NCBI GenBank assembly: GCA_963796275.1
Contig: CAWCKY010000006.1
Coordinates: 1,792,001-1,856,000 of the forward strand
Direction: 5' to 3'
DNA length: 64,000 bases
From: an uncultured Acidobacteriota bacterium
GTDB taxonomy: Bacteria > Acidobacteriota > Blastocatellia > RBC074
The notes under the pieces are model-generated. The model saw only the letters and a program-made list of their open reading frames with translations, was not told the DNA's origin and made no database searches. This document shows, one piece after another, positions 33,760-41,397 of the stretch (its first letter is position 1; each line of letters opens with the position of its first letter). A program made the position numbers and the translations under genes.

Positions 33760-35314
33760 TGTTGTTCTCTATGCGGCTTGAAGACTGGTTGAAATATCGC
33801 TGTCCGTATTCTTTGATCAGGTTCAATATTTCTTGGATGTCATGAATCGTGGTCATGGGGTTGAGCAGTGTAAACTTCAAGTATTGTCTTTCGTTTACTT
33901 TGCTGCCTGCCACTACAGCTTCTCCAGATCTGAAAAGCGCTTTTCGGATGTATGCGTTGGCATCGTCGATTCCGTTCTCCGAATAAACTCCGGCAGGGCG
34001 ATAACGGAACACGAGTGTACTCAACTCAGGCTGGTGTAGCGCTTCGAAGGTCCCATCAGAAATGAGCAACGTATATGTCTCTTTCGCCAAATCAACAACC
34101 TTGTCGAAGGCTTTTCCGATGTTGTCGGCACCCATTGTTCTCAAGGTTAACCAGAGCTTTAGGGCATCGAATCTTCTGGTCGTCTGAATGCTCTTGTTGA
34201 CCAGGTTGGGAGTCCCTTCTTTAAGTTGACTTAACGGATTCAGGTAATCTGCATGATGCGTAAAAAATGACAGGTTCTTTTTATTCCTCACGAAGAAAGC
34301 GCCACAACTCACCGGCTGAAAGAATGATTTGTGATAATCCACGGTAACAGAATCTGAATACTGAATTCCGTCCAGCAGTTTTCTGTGTTTTTCGGAGATG
34401 AGCAGGCCGCAACCATATGCCGCATCCGTATGCATCCATAAACCGTAATTACGGCATATTTCTGCTATTTCCATTATGGGATCGATGCTCCCGAAATCGG
34501 TTGTTCCGACGGTAGCAACCACAGCCATAGGCATTAAGCCTTGAGCGAAGCAACTTCTGATCTCCTTTTCCAACTCGGAAACGTTCATTTTAAAATGGTC
34601 GTCGCAGGGCACAGGGATGACAGCCACATACCCCAGACCAAGTATTGCTGCCGCCTTCTGGATGCTGAAATGGCACGCCTGCGAGGCGAAAATCCTCAAT
34701 TTGTTATAGCCATTTGGTAATCCCTGAACCTGGATGCTGTGTCCCAATCTGCTTGAGCAGTACGCATCACGAGCCAGAAGCGTCGCCATCAGATTGGATT
34801 GCGTCCCTCCACTGGTAAAAATCCCGTCCGCCTTGGGGCCCAGGCCGATCTTCTCCGCCGTCCAATCGATGAGCTTCTGCTCTATCAATGTACCGCCGGC
34901 GCTCTGGTCCCACGTGTCCAATGAAGAGTTGATCGACGTTAGTATCAATTCGGCCAGGATAGCCGGCACGACTATCGGGCAGTTGAGATGGGCTACATAT
35001 TTGGGATGATGGAAGTAGATGGCATGATTCAGGTAAAGCTCCTCAATCTCTTCCAGAGCTTTCGAAAGACGATCAAATGACTGATCTAAATCTACCCCTT
35101 CGAATTTTATCGCCAACTCATGAGGCAGCACACCGCTAAATGGCTTATTCGCTCCCGATACCTTTTTTTGTACCAGGTCGATGCCTTTCAGAATTGTCTC
35201 TTTATATCTATTTAAACTTTGATGATTGAATAAGAAGGATTTATCGGAAAGTGGATCTATGGTTTTATCGAGCTGATTTTCGAGTTCCATCAAAGCGCCA
35301 GTGTTATTGGACAT
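33752..35314 (-). CDS. desA: Group II PLP-dependent decarboxylase (DesA-like)
   Basis: AHLNCP, WDQSAG, FTSGGTQSN, GTTDFGSIDP, HTDAAYG, DYHK (PLP Lys). Confidence 0.9.
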   Translation of the reverse strand: MSNNTGALMELENQLDKTIDPLSDKSFLFNHQSLNRYKETILKGIDLVQKKVSGANKPFSGVLPHELAIKFEGVDLDQSFDRLSKALEEIEELYLNHAIYFHHPKYVAHLNCPIVVPAILAELILTSINSSLDTWDQSAGGTLIEQKLIDWTAEKIGLGPKADGIFTSGGTQSNLMATLLARDAYCSSRLGHSIQVQGLPNGYNKLRIFASQACHFSIQKAAAILGLGYVAVIPVPCDDHFKMNVSELEKEIRSCFAQGLMPMAVVATVGTTDFGSIDPIMEIAEICRNYGLWMHTDAAYGCGLLISEKHRKLLDGIQYSDSVTVDYHKSFFQPVSCGAFFVRNKKNLSFFTHHADYLNPLSQLKEGTPNLVNKSIQTTRRFDALKLWLTLRTMGADNIGKAFDKVVDLAKETYTLLISDGTFEALHQPELSTLVFRYRPAGVYSENGIDDANAYIRKALFRSGEAVVAGSKVNERQYLKFTLLNPMTTIHDIQEILNLIKEYGQRYFNQSSSRIENNNE

Positions 35315-35476
35315 ACCCTTCCCATTACGCAGTAGAGAAAAAGCACTGCGCCTGAATGTTTTATTGGTTTTATGGTTATCGCCTGCTTCCCGTGAAGGAA
35401 GCGATGTGATGCGGTTGTGTGGGGGAGTTACTCAATGCAACTTCTTGCTCTCAGTTCCGTTGCTTTTAGCACAAAT

Positions 35477-35543
35477 TGAAATCAATTATGAAATCCATTT
35501 TCATAATGATCCGAAATGTACAGAATCAAGTTGGGAATGTCAA
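35477..35543 (-). promoter_or_regulatory. Sigma70 promoter and Fur-like box(es) of the siderophore operon
   Basis: TTGACA(35543-38)-17bp-TACATT(35520-15). Palindrome ATTATGAAA-TCCAT-TTTCATAAT (35485-35507) with 7-1-7 core TGAAATC-C-ATTTTCA; second weaker site TGAAATCAATTATGA at 35477. Confidence 0.78.
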
Positions 35544-35670
35544 GAATATTTTTGCAAGTAATTACAGGAGGTTCGCTAATACCAGGGATTTTGGTTCATC
35601 TGAGCGGTCGAGCATTTCGTATACAAATCAGTCACTTGTGGCGCCGGCCTCCTTTCGCGTGCGTGGGCAT

Positions 35671-36687
35671 TCACTTGTATGCGACGCCGGCGCTGGCCGC
35701 CCCCGCCAAAGGAATCACTTCGGTTTCATGGAAGCCCACCTTCCGACACCAATCGAACAGATCTGCAGACGTAAAATCGAAAGCGTCTCCGAACTCGATC
35801 AGCATATTGAGCGACATCAGCAACCCAAAGGCGTTTTCTCGCCGAGCGTCGTCTATGAGATTCTCGACAACGACGAACGCGCCTCCGGGAGGTAAGGCAT
35901 CGTAGGCCGCCTGAATCAACTGCATCTTTTTGTCCAGGTTCCAGTCGTGGAGAATCAATCCCATGGTGATCACATCAACCCTGGGGAACGGATCGGAGAA
36001 GAAATTCAACGATTGTGCGGAAACGCGATCAGTGAGCCCGGCGGCAGATATCTTGCGTTCAGCGAACGCCGTGACAGCTGGCAAATCAGTGGTGAGGCAG
36101 CGGAGATGAGGATGCCGCCTGGCGACGATCATGGCTAATTGGCCGGAAGCACCTCCCACATCACAGAGCGATCGATAGCGAGAGAAATCAAATTTTTCCG
36201 CTAAGGCTTTGAAATTTGCCGTAGAGATTCCCGTCATGGCATCCATGACTTGCTCAAGGCGCTCGGGTTGACTATAGATTTCCTGGAACACCGGGCCGCC
36301 GATATGTTTGATCTCGTTCTGAGGTTGTCCTGTTCTAAGCCCTTCCGTAAGGTCGCCCCAGAAGCGGTAGAGCCGATCGTTCGCCATCTCGAGGATGCCG
36401 CCCACATATTCCGGATTGTTGCGATCCAGAAAGGCGGCGGTCTCCTGCGTATTACGATAGCGCGCGGACGGCCCGTCGCCATCCCGTTCCAGGAATTTCA
36501 GCGCAACGAGGGTGTCGAAAAAGTCCGGATTCGCGCGTGCGTTAAGTCCAAGTTGCTCCTGCAACTCTCGTCCGGTCATTGATTTGCTTCCCAGCTTCGT
36601 GAAGATGCGCAGCTCGACAGCTGAGAGAAGTGTTTTCGCAGGCCAGAACCCGAGTCCGACCTCGATAATTCGCGAAGGTGACAGCAT
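35671..36687 (-). CDS. SAM-dependent O-methyltransferase with dimerisation domain
   Basis: CDVGGASG, NFF, ILHDW, ALPPGG. Confidence 0.88.
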   Translation of the reverse strand: MLSPSRIIEVGLGFWPAKTLLSAVELRIFTKLGSKSMTGRELQEQLGLNARANPDFFDTLVALKFLERDGDGPSARYRNTQETAAFLDRNNPEYVGGILEMANDRLYRFWGDLTEGLRTGQPQNEIKHIGGPVFQEIYSQPERLEQVMDAMTGISTANFKALAEKFDFSRYRSLCDVGGASGQLAMIVARRHPHLRCLTTDLPAVTAFAERKISAAGLTDRVSAQSLNFFSDPFPRVDVITMGLILHDWNLDKKMQLIQAAYDALPPGGAFVVVENLIDDARRENAFGLLMSLNMLIEFGDAFDFTSADLFDWCRKVGFHETEVIPLAGAASAGVAYK

Positions 36688-36955
36688 TGTAATTACTCCT
36701 TTGCTATTCTTATGCCTCGCATTGAGAATTCGTGCAGAACAGCACTGGATCCCCCATAGGCTTCGGAACTGTCGTGTCGCCGAAACTCGCGGCCTATGGC
36801 TTGTTTCGGACGATGGCCGTTATCACCTGGAGAAATTTTAACCGATGAAAAGCGTAAAACCAAGAATCACGTTCCGGGAGGGATACGATGCGTGGAAATG
36901 ATCGGGTCGAAATGGTTTGGACGGAAGGAATTCGATATCGAGAGGGATGGAGATA

Positions 36956-37756
36956 CTAAGCTCTCCGAGAAATTGACGACATCAATTTTTCTATGCGGCC
37001 GGCATCTGGTTCGTTGGCCCAATGTCCATCGACCTTAAAATACGATCCGATGATGAATCCGTCAGCCGCTTTATAAAATTCCGCGATGTTATCGGTATCT
37101 ATCCCCGAACCGAGCAGGACCGGCAGCTTGCAATGCGCTTTGATCTCTTGCACGTCCGCGAGCTTGGGGGGATCGCCGGTGACGTTTCCGGTTACGATCA
37201 CGGCGTCACCCCTCATGAACTCTACCGCCTCGGCTGTGGCGCTCAAGCTGATGTCGGCTGTGATCGCGTGTGACGAATGTTTCTTCTTGACGTCGGCCCA
37301 GACCTGTACGCGGTCGGCTCCAATCATCCTGCGATAGCGCAACACCCTGGCAGCCGACGACTCGATCAAACCTTCGTCCGCGACGTGGGCGAAGGCATAT
37401 CCTTCGGCTCGAATGAAATCGAGGCCGGCGGCATGCGCTACGGCAATTGCCTCAATGTTGGCTCCTGCGAGGATTTGAACGCCTGTCGGCAGACGGCTTT
37501 CCTGCCTGACCCGCCGGCCGATGACAGCCATGGCCGCGACGATCTCGGGACCGACTGATCCGCGCAGATAAGGAACGTCGGACATATTCTCTATGATCAA
37601 GCCATCTATCCGGCCGTCGCGATAAAGGGCAGCCTCGCGTTCGGCCTGAGCGATGATTTGATCGATCGATTGGCTATTGGCAGGTGTTCCCGGCAGAGCT
37701 CCGACGTGGATCATGCCGATGATCGGTTTCGGTTTGGAAAATAGTGAAGCGAGCAT
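36956..37756 (-). CDS. BtpA/SgcQ family TIM-barrel protein
   Basis: IGMIHVGALPG, IIENMSDVPY, ADVKKKH, IVTG..TG, LGSG. Confidence 0.88.
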   Translation of the reverse strand: MLASLFSKPKPIIGMIHVGALPGTPANSQSIDQIIAQAEREAALYRDGRIDGLIIENMSDVPYLRGSVGPEIVAAMAVIGRRVRQESRLPTGVQILAGANIEAIAVAHAAGLDFIRAEGYAFAHVADEGLIESSAARVLRYRRMIGADRVQVWADVKKKHSSHAITADISLSATAEAVEFMRGDAVIVTGNVTGDPPKLADVQEIKAHCKLPVLLGSGIDTDNIAEFYKAADGFIIGSYFKVDGHWANEPDAGRIEKLMSSISRRA

Positions 37757-37923
37757 AAGCAAACGATCGAACTATTGATTTCAGCATTCCTCAACAGCCT
37801 CCATCAACCTCGATGGAGAATAGTAGCACAGCACTGCTGAAGGAAATAAAACGTCATGAAGCTGACATCGCATTCTCCTGGCCTTCGCGCCAAATCGATT
37901 TCAAACACCGAAACGAAGTATCA

Positions 37924-38886
37924 TCAAGGATTCGCGAACTCAACAGACGTTACAGTGGCATCCGGCAAAGCCGATCGTGAGCAAAAATAGTCCAGCATAC
38001 TATATTGAACAAAACAGCTCTTCTCTTCCGACCGGCAGGTCATCGGATTTTCGATCTCTGAATCCTTGCGTGAAAAACATACCGTGTGAATGATTCCGTC
38101 CTCAGTAGATTCGAAGGTAACACGAGAGGAGTTGTGATCAACGGTCTCTTCTCGCACGAAGCGCAAACTGTCGATACTGATATCGCCGGATTCAAGTCGG
38201 ACGAAGAATTCGCCGGCCTGCGCATTCTTGGGGTAACAACCTCTCCCCCGGTAGTTGGCCAGAAATATCCGTCCCTCCTTGTACTCGCCCGCGACGCGCA
38301 CGGCATCGGCTTCCGTTACGCGCCCGTAAAACAACCCGTGGGGAAAACAGACTATATTGGCGGCAAATCTGTCGCCGCCGACGTGAGACGATGCCCAGAC
38401 GTTGTAACCGAATTTCTCCCGCATGAATTCATAGGTGCGAAGCCCATATTTCGCGCAACATTTGTCATGAGCTCCATCAGTGCAAACCAGGTAAAGGGGC
38501 GATCTCTCGCAAGCTCCTGCCGTATCGTTCCGCGCCCGTGCCAAATCGCAAATATCCAGATCGAGCAGTTCTTTGTAATCTTTGAGCTTGAAGTGCTGAA
38601 CGTACGGCGAGGATTCGCGCGCCACGACGATGAAAAAATTGATGGCGCCGGTTTGCGAATAGCTTTGACGAATCAATTGGAATCTTCCGCCATTGATGCG
38701 CTCCAGAGTCGAGCTCAGGCTCTCTTTCACCACATCAGGTATTCGATTATCGACCAGCGCTTTTTGTCCCCATGGTTCGGGGTGTTCGAGCAGTAACCAG
38801 ATGTTGCCTCTGCTTGCCGTCCCGAAAATAGGTTCGCAAGCGTTTCTTGATAAATCGGAACAATAATATACAGCTTTGTTATTCAT
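37924..38886 (-). CDS. Sucrase/ferredoxin-like (thioredoxin-like 2Fe-2S, Apd1/Aim32-type) protein
   Basis: YCS..EPIFGTA..WLLLEHP.PWG, LVCTDGAHDKCC, SSHVGGDRFA, YRGR; ATGA overlap with the JmjC stop. Confidence 0.85.
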   Translation of the reverse strand: MNNKAVYYCSDLSRNACEPIFGTASRGNIWLLLEHPEPWGQKALVDNRIPDVVKESLSSTLERINGGRFQLIRQSYSQTGAINFFIVVARESSPYVQHFKLKDYKELLDLDICDLARARNDTAGACERSPLYLVCTDGAHDKCCAKYGLRTYEFMREKFGYNVWASSHVGGDRFAANIVCFPHGLFYGRVTEADAVRVAGEYKEGRIFLANYRGRGCYPKNAQAGEFFVRLESGDISIDSLRFVREETVDHNSSRVTFESTEDGIIHTVCFSRKDSEIENPMTCRSEEKSCFVQYSMLDYFCSRSALPDATVTSVEFANP

Positions 38887-40121
38887 TGAACATGAAAAGT
38901 GTCGTCTTCGACGATCACCGCCAATCCTTTAACAACGAGTTCTCCTGCGAATTTGCGCACGGCCATGCGGTCGAGCCGCTTAGCCGACGCCTGGCATAGT
39001 TCCTGTATGGAATGGACCTGGCCGTCTTTCAGTATTTGCAGAATGCTTTCCACTGATCGGTCGAATTGCCACCGCCTTCCGTGCGATAGAAATTCCATAT
39101 GTGATTCATTCACCTGAATCTCCACCGGGCGCGGGGATGTTATTCGTATTCCAACCTTATCGCCGGGAGGCAATCCTTCATCCAGCGCGCTCCATGGGAG
39201 ATTGAAATGCGGACGAGGTGCCGCCATGGCATCCGAACGGTTGAAAAATCGTGTGAGCACATCGCGATCGCACAGGCGGAGAAAAGCTGAACGAATCTGG
39301 TCGGCATATGCCGCCTGTTCATCAGCGGTCGCATATCGCGGCAAATCCATTCGCACGAACGACTCCGCGCAGAGTTGTTCCGTCAGCCATTTAAGCAGAT
39401 CGGCGCCCGTGAGATTTGAAATCCCGATCGTGAGGTGCATGGTCGGTTCCGCCAGGGGAATTGCGACATGCCACCAGCCTCGCGGTATGTAGAGCATATC
39501 TCCGTCTTCAAGTATCCCTTCCCAGAGAGGATCATCGGCCGGAGGCTGACTCTCCACGAGGTCTTTTGCGAGGGGGTGGTGTCTGGTAGGACGATAAACT
39601 TTCCATTGCTTTCTGCCGGTTAATTGAATGATGAGAACTTCGTGATCGTCCCAGTGCAGGTCGAATCCCTGCGAACTCTTCCACCCGGCATAGAGGTTCA
39701 TCTGAATGGGAACGCGAAACGCCCATTCGAGAGATTCGGCGAGCCGCGTGAGCGGTCTATGCAACTCATCGACTCCATCGAGGACGAGCGTCGCTCCCTG
39801 ATAGAGATGCTCTGTTATAACAGTGGGAAGCAGGTGCGGGACGCGTGAATAGTTCTGCCGGCGGCTTACGGTATATTTTATATAACCTTCTGCAGGGATG
39901 ATCTTCCCATTCATCGCCAGCCGCAATCGCGGCGGTTCCAGCCGGTGCTGCATGAGGATTTCGTTCAGGCGCTGCCAGTTGAGAAGCCCGGTGAACTTTC
40001 CCTTCCATCCAGGAAGATGTTTCACCGACCTGCACCAATCATCCTTTAAAAATTTTTCAACCGCGTAAGGAGACAATATCTCGGGAAGCGTGGAGGGAAG
40101 TTGCGTCTTTTCCATACCCAT
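38883..40121 (-). CDS. JmjC/cupin 2-oxoglutarate-Fe(II) oxygenase (ROXA/NO66-like) with C-terminal winged-helix-like domain
   Basis: GATLVLD, NLYA, GFDLHWDDHEV..Q..GRKQW, GDMLYIPRGWWH (HxD...H triad). Confidence 0.88.
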   Translation of the reverse strand: MGMEKTQLPSTLPEILSPYAVEKFLKDDWCRSVKHLPGWKGKFTGLLNWQRLNEILMQHRLEPPRLRLAMNGKIIPAEGYIKYTVSRRQNYSRVPHLLPTVITEHLYQGATLVLDGVDELHRPLTRLAESLEWAFRVPIQMNLYAGWKSSQGFDLHWDDHEVLIIQLTGRKQWKVYRPTRHHPLAKDLVESQPPADDPLWEGILEDGDMLYIPRGWWHVAIPLAEPTMHLTIGISNLTGADLLKWLTEQLCAESFVRMDLPRYATADEQAAYADQIRSAFLRLCDRDVLTRFFNRSDAMAAPRPHFNLPWSALDEGLPPGDKVGIRITSPRPVEIQVNESHMEFLSHGRRWQFDRSVESILQILKDGQVHSIQELCQASAKRLDRMAVRKFAGELVVKGLAVIVEDDTFHVQ

Positions 40122-40159
40122 CGAGATTTACATGTTCATCGCGAACCGAATCTCGTATC

Positions 40160-40223
40160 TATTCCTTCTCTTCCTATTATTTTATTTCTAGTATTTTTAT
40201 TATTTCTATTATTCCTATTCTAA
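40160..40223 (-). repeat. Imperfect A-rich 9-nt tandem repeat (TAATAGRAA-like, about 5 copies)
   Basis: Minus strand reads GAATAGGAA TAATAGAAA TAATAAAAA TACTAGAAA TAAAA TAATAGGAA. Confidence 0.6.
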
Positions 40224-40348
40224 AGATAGCGACTACCGCCGAACTTCCGAACCTTCATCGGCGATCGACGATAGTCGTTGGCGAAATGTTATTTCATCTT
40301 CCCCGGTTTCTATTTCGATGCCGACGACTGGGAAAAATATTTACTCAC

Positions 40349-40513
40349 CTATTCCTGGTCGTAATGTTTATCGCTCCCATCGTCATCTGTTTCCTCGGAA
40401 CGCGTTTCCATATACCAGGGACGAATCTCCTCCAAATTTTCCGATTTGATGATAAAGCCCGACTCTCGGACGTTGGTTGTCTCTTTTACTGACTGTTGTT
40501 TCGATTGCTCCAT
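40349..40513 (-). CDS. 54-aa peptide with acidic tail, candidate precursor peptide (not in the ORF track)
   Basis: GGAGG-N8-ATG; translation MEQSKQQSVKETTNVRESGFIIKSENLEEIRPWYMETRSEETDDDGSDKHYDQE; first ORF after a consensus-like promoter. Confidence 0.75.
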   Translation of the reverse strand: MEQSKQQSVKETTNVRESGFIIKSENLEEIRPWYMETRSEETDDDGSDKHYDQE

Positions 40514-40636
40514 TACAGGTTCCTCCATGGAATCAGGTATCGCCTCGATACCGAGGCCTACACAAGGTAGGGAATATGGGTAAACATCTTCCCCGAACAG
40601 GTTTATCGAAAGTTAATAGTTGTCGATTATCGATCT

Positions 40637-40682
40637 TGAAAATCGATTTCAGGATTATGAGTTTTCTTGGAGGCGGAGTCAA
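40637..40682 (-). promoter_or_regulatory. Sigma70 promoter with Fur-like box upstream of the peptide-JmjC-ferredoxin genes
   Basis: TTGACT(40682-77)-17bp-CATAAT(40659-54), followed 2 bp later by TGAAATC-G-ATTTTCA (40651-40637). Confidence 0.75.
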
Positions 40683-40820
40683 GTAGGTCTTCAAAATTTG
40701 CCATTGTTTGAAGACAAATAGGGGTCTTTTCCGCTGTAGGCGTAACTTTGGCGAGTGAGAACTTGAATGTAGAGGCTCCTACTTTTTTGTGAGTCATGGA
40801 GCGCAACAAGCGGGCCAGTG

Positions 40821-41108
40821 TCAGTGAGTACCATTGGGTCTGGAATCATCCTGGAGTGAATCGAGGGCCTCAGAGAGCGAACGTCCCTGACTGTCGCGTC
40901 CGTTCGGGAAATTTCGTCGAACCCATTCGTCGGGCGTAATTCCTTGTTGGACTGCTACGTTCGTCAAGGCGGAAGATCTCTTTACTTCCTTATCATGGTT
41001 TTCTTTGAGATAACCTCCGAATACCGTATGCGTCGGCGGAGATGTCGGGTCGGGGATACTGCTATCGATTGAACCGATAAGGTCGGAGGATGTGCACGTA
41101 TCGCTCAC
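40821..41108 (-). CDS. Possible small hypothetical protein or gene remnant
   Basis: 95-aa ORF; C-terminal half looks protein-like (AVQQGITPDEWVRRNFP); weak start. Confidence 0.3.
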   Translation of the reverse strand: MSDTCTSSDLIGSIDSSIPDPTSPPTHTVFGGYLKENHDKEVKRSSALTNVAVQQGITPDEWVRRNFPNGRDSQGRSLSEALDSLQDDSRPNGTH

Positions 41109-41397
41109 CAGAGAAATTCATTTTCTCCGGAGATGATGTGAGTGATCGAGTATTTGAAGACGTTGCTCCACTCTTACAGAGATCAAATCCAGTTGGTTCT
41201 CTAAAAAGAGATCTAAGGAAGTATTCGGGAGCCGAGAGCTACTGATTGTGTGCACCGATTTCGGTGTGCCCTCTACCACCGACGAAGCAATAATTTGCTA
41301 ATTTGCATATCGTGCCAGCCAAGATTGAGAACCCATAGCCACTATCTACCTTACAGCCAACGACCACTGCATCACCCGCCTTGCTCCGACGATATAT

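Noticed and set aside
40160-40223. Possible CRISPR or coding repeat
   Set aside because: Units are 9 nt with no spacers and are full of stop codons; no cas genes in the window.
40349-40387. EF-hand reading of the peptide tail (DDDGSDKHYDQE)
   Set aside because: Positions 1, 3, 5 and 12 fit, but Gly6, the hydrophobic residue at 8 and the flanking helices are missing; kept only as a general acidic metal-binding hint.
40286-40492. 68-aa hydrophobic plus-strand ORF
   Set aside because: Antisense to the acidic peptide, which has the RBS, the promoter and the operon orientation.
40627-40809. 60-aa minus-strand ORF upstream of the peptide
   Set aside because: It spans the -35/-10/Fur-box elements and has no recognisable features; better explained as promoter DNA.
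41295-41325. Possible sigma54 promoter (TGGCAC...TGC on the minus strand)
   Set aside because: GG-to-GC spacing is 8 or 12 nt, not the required 10.
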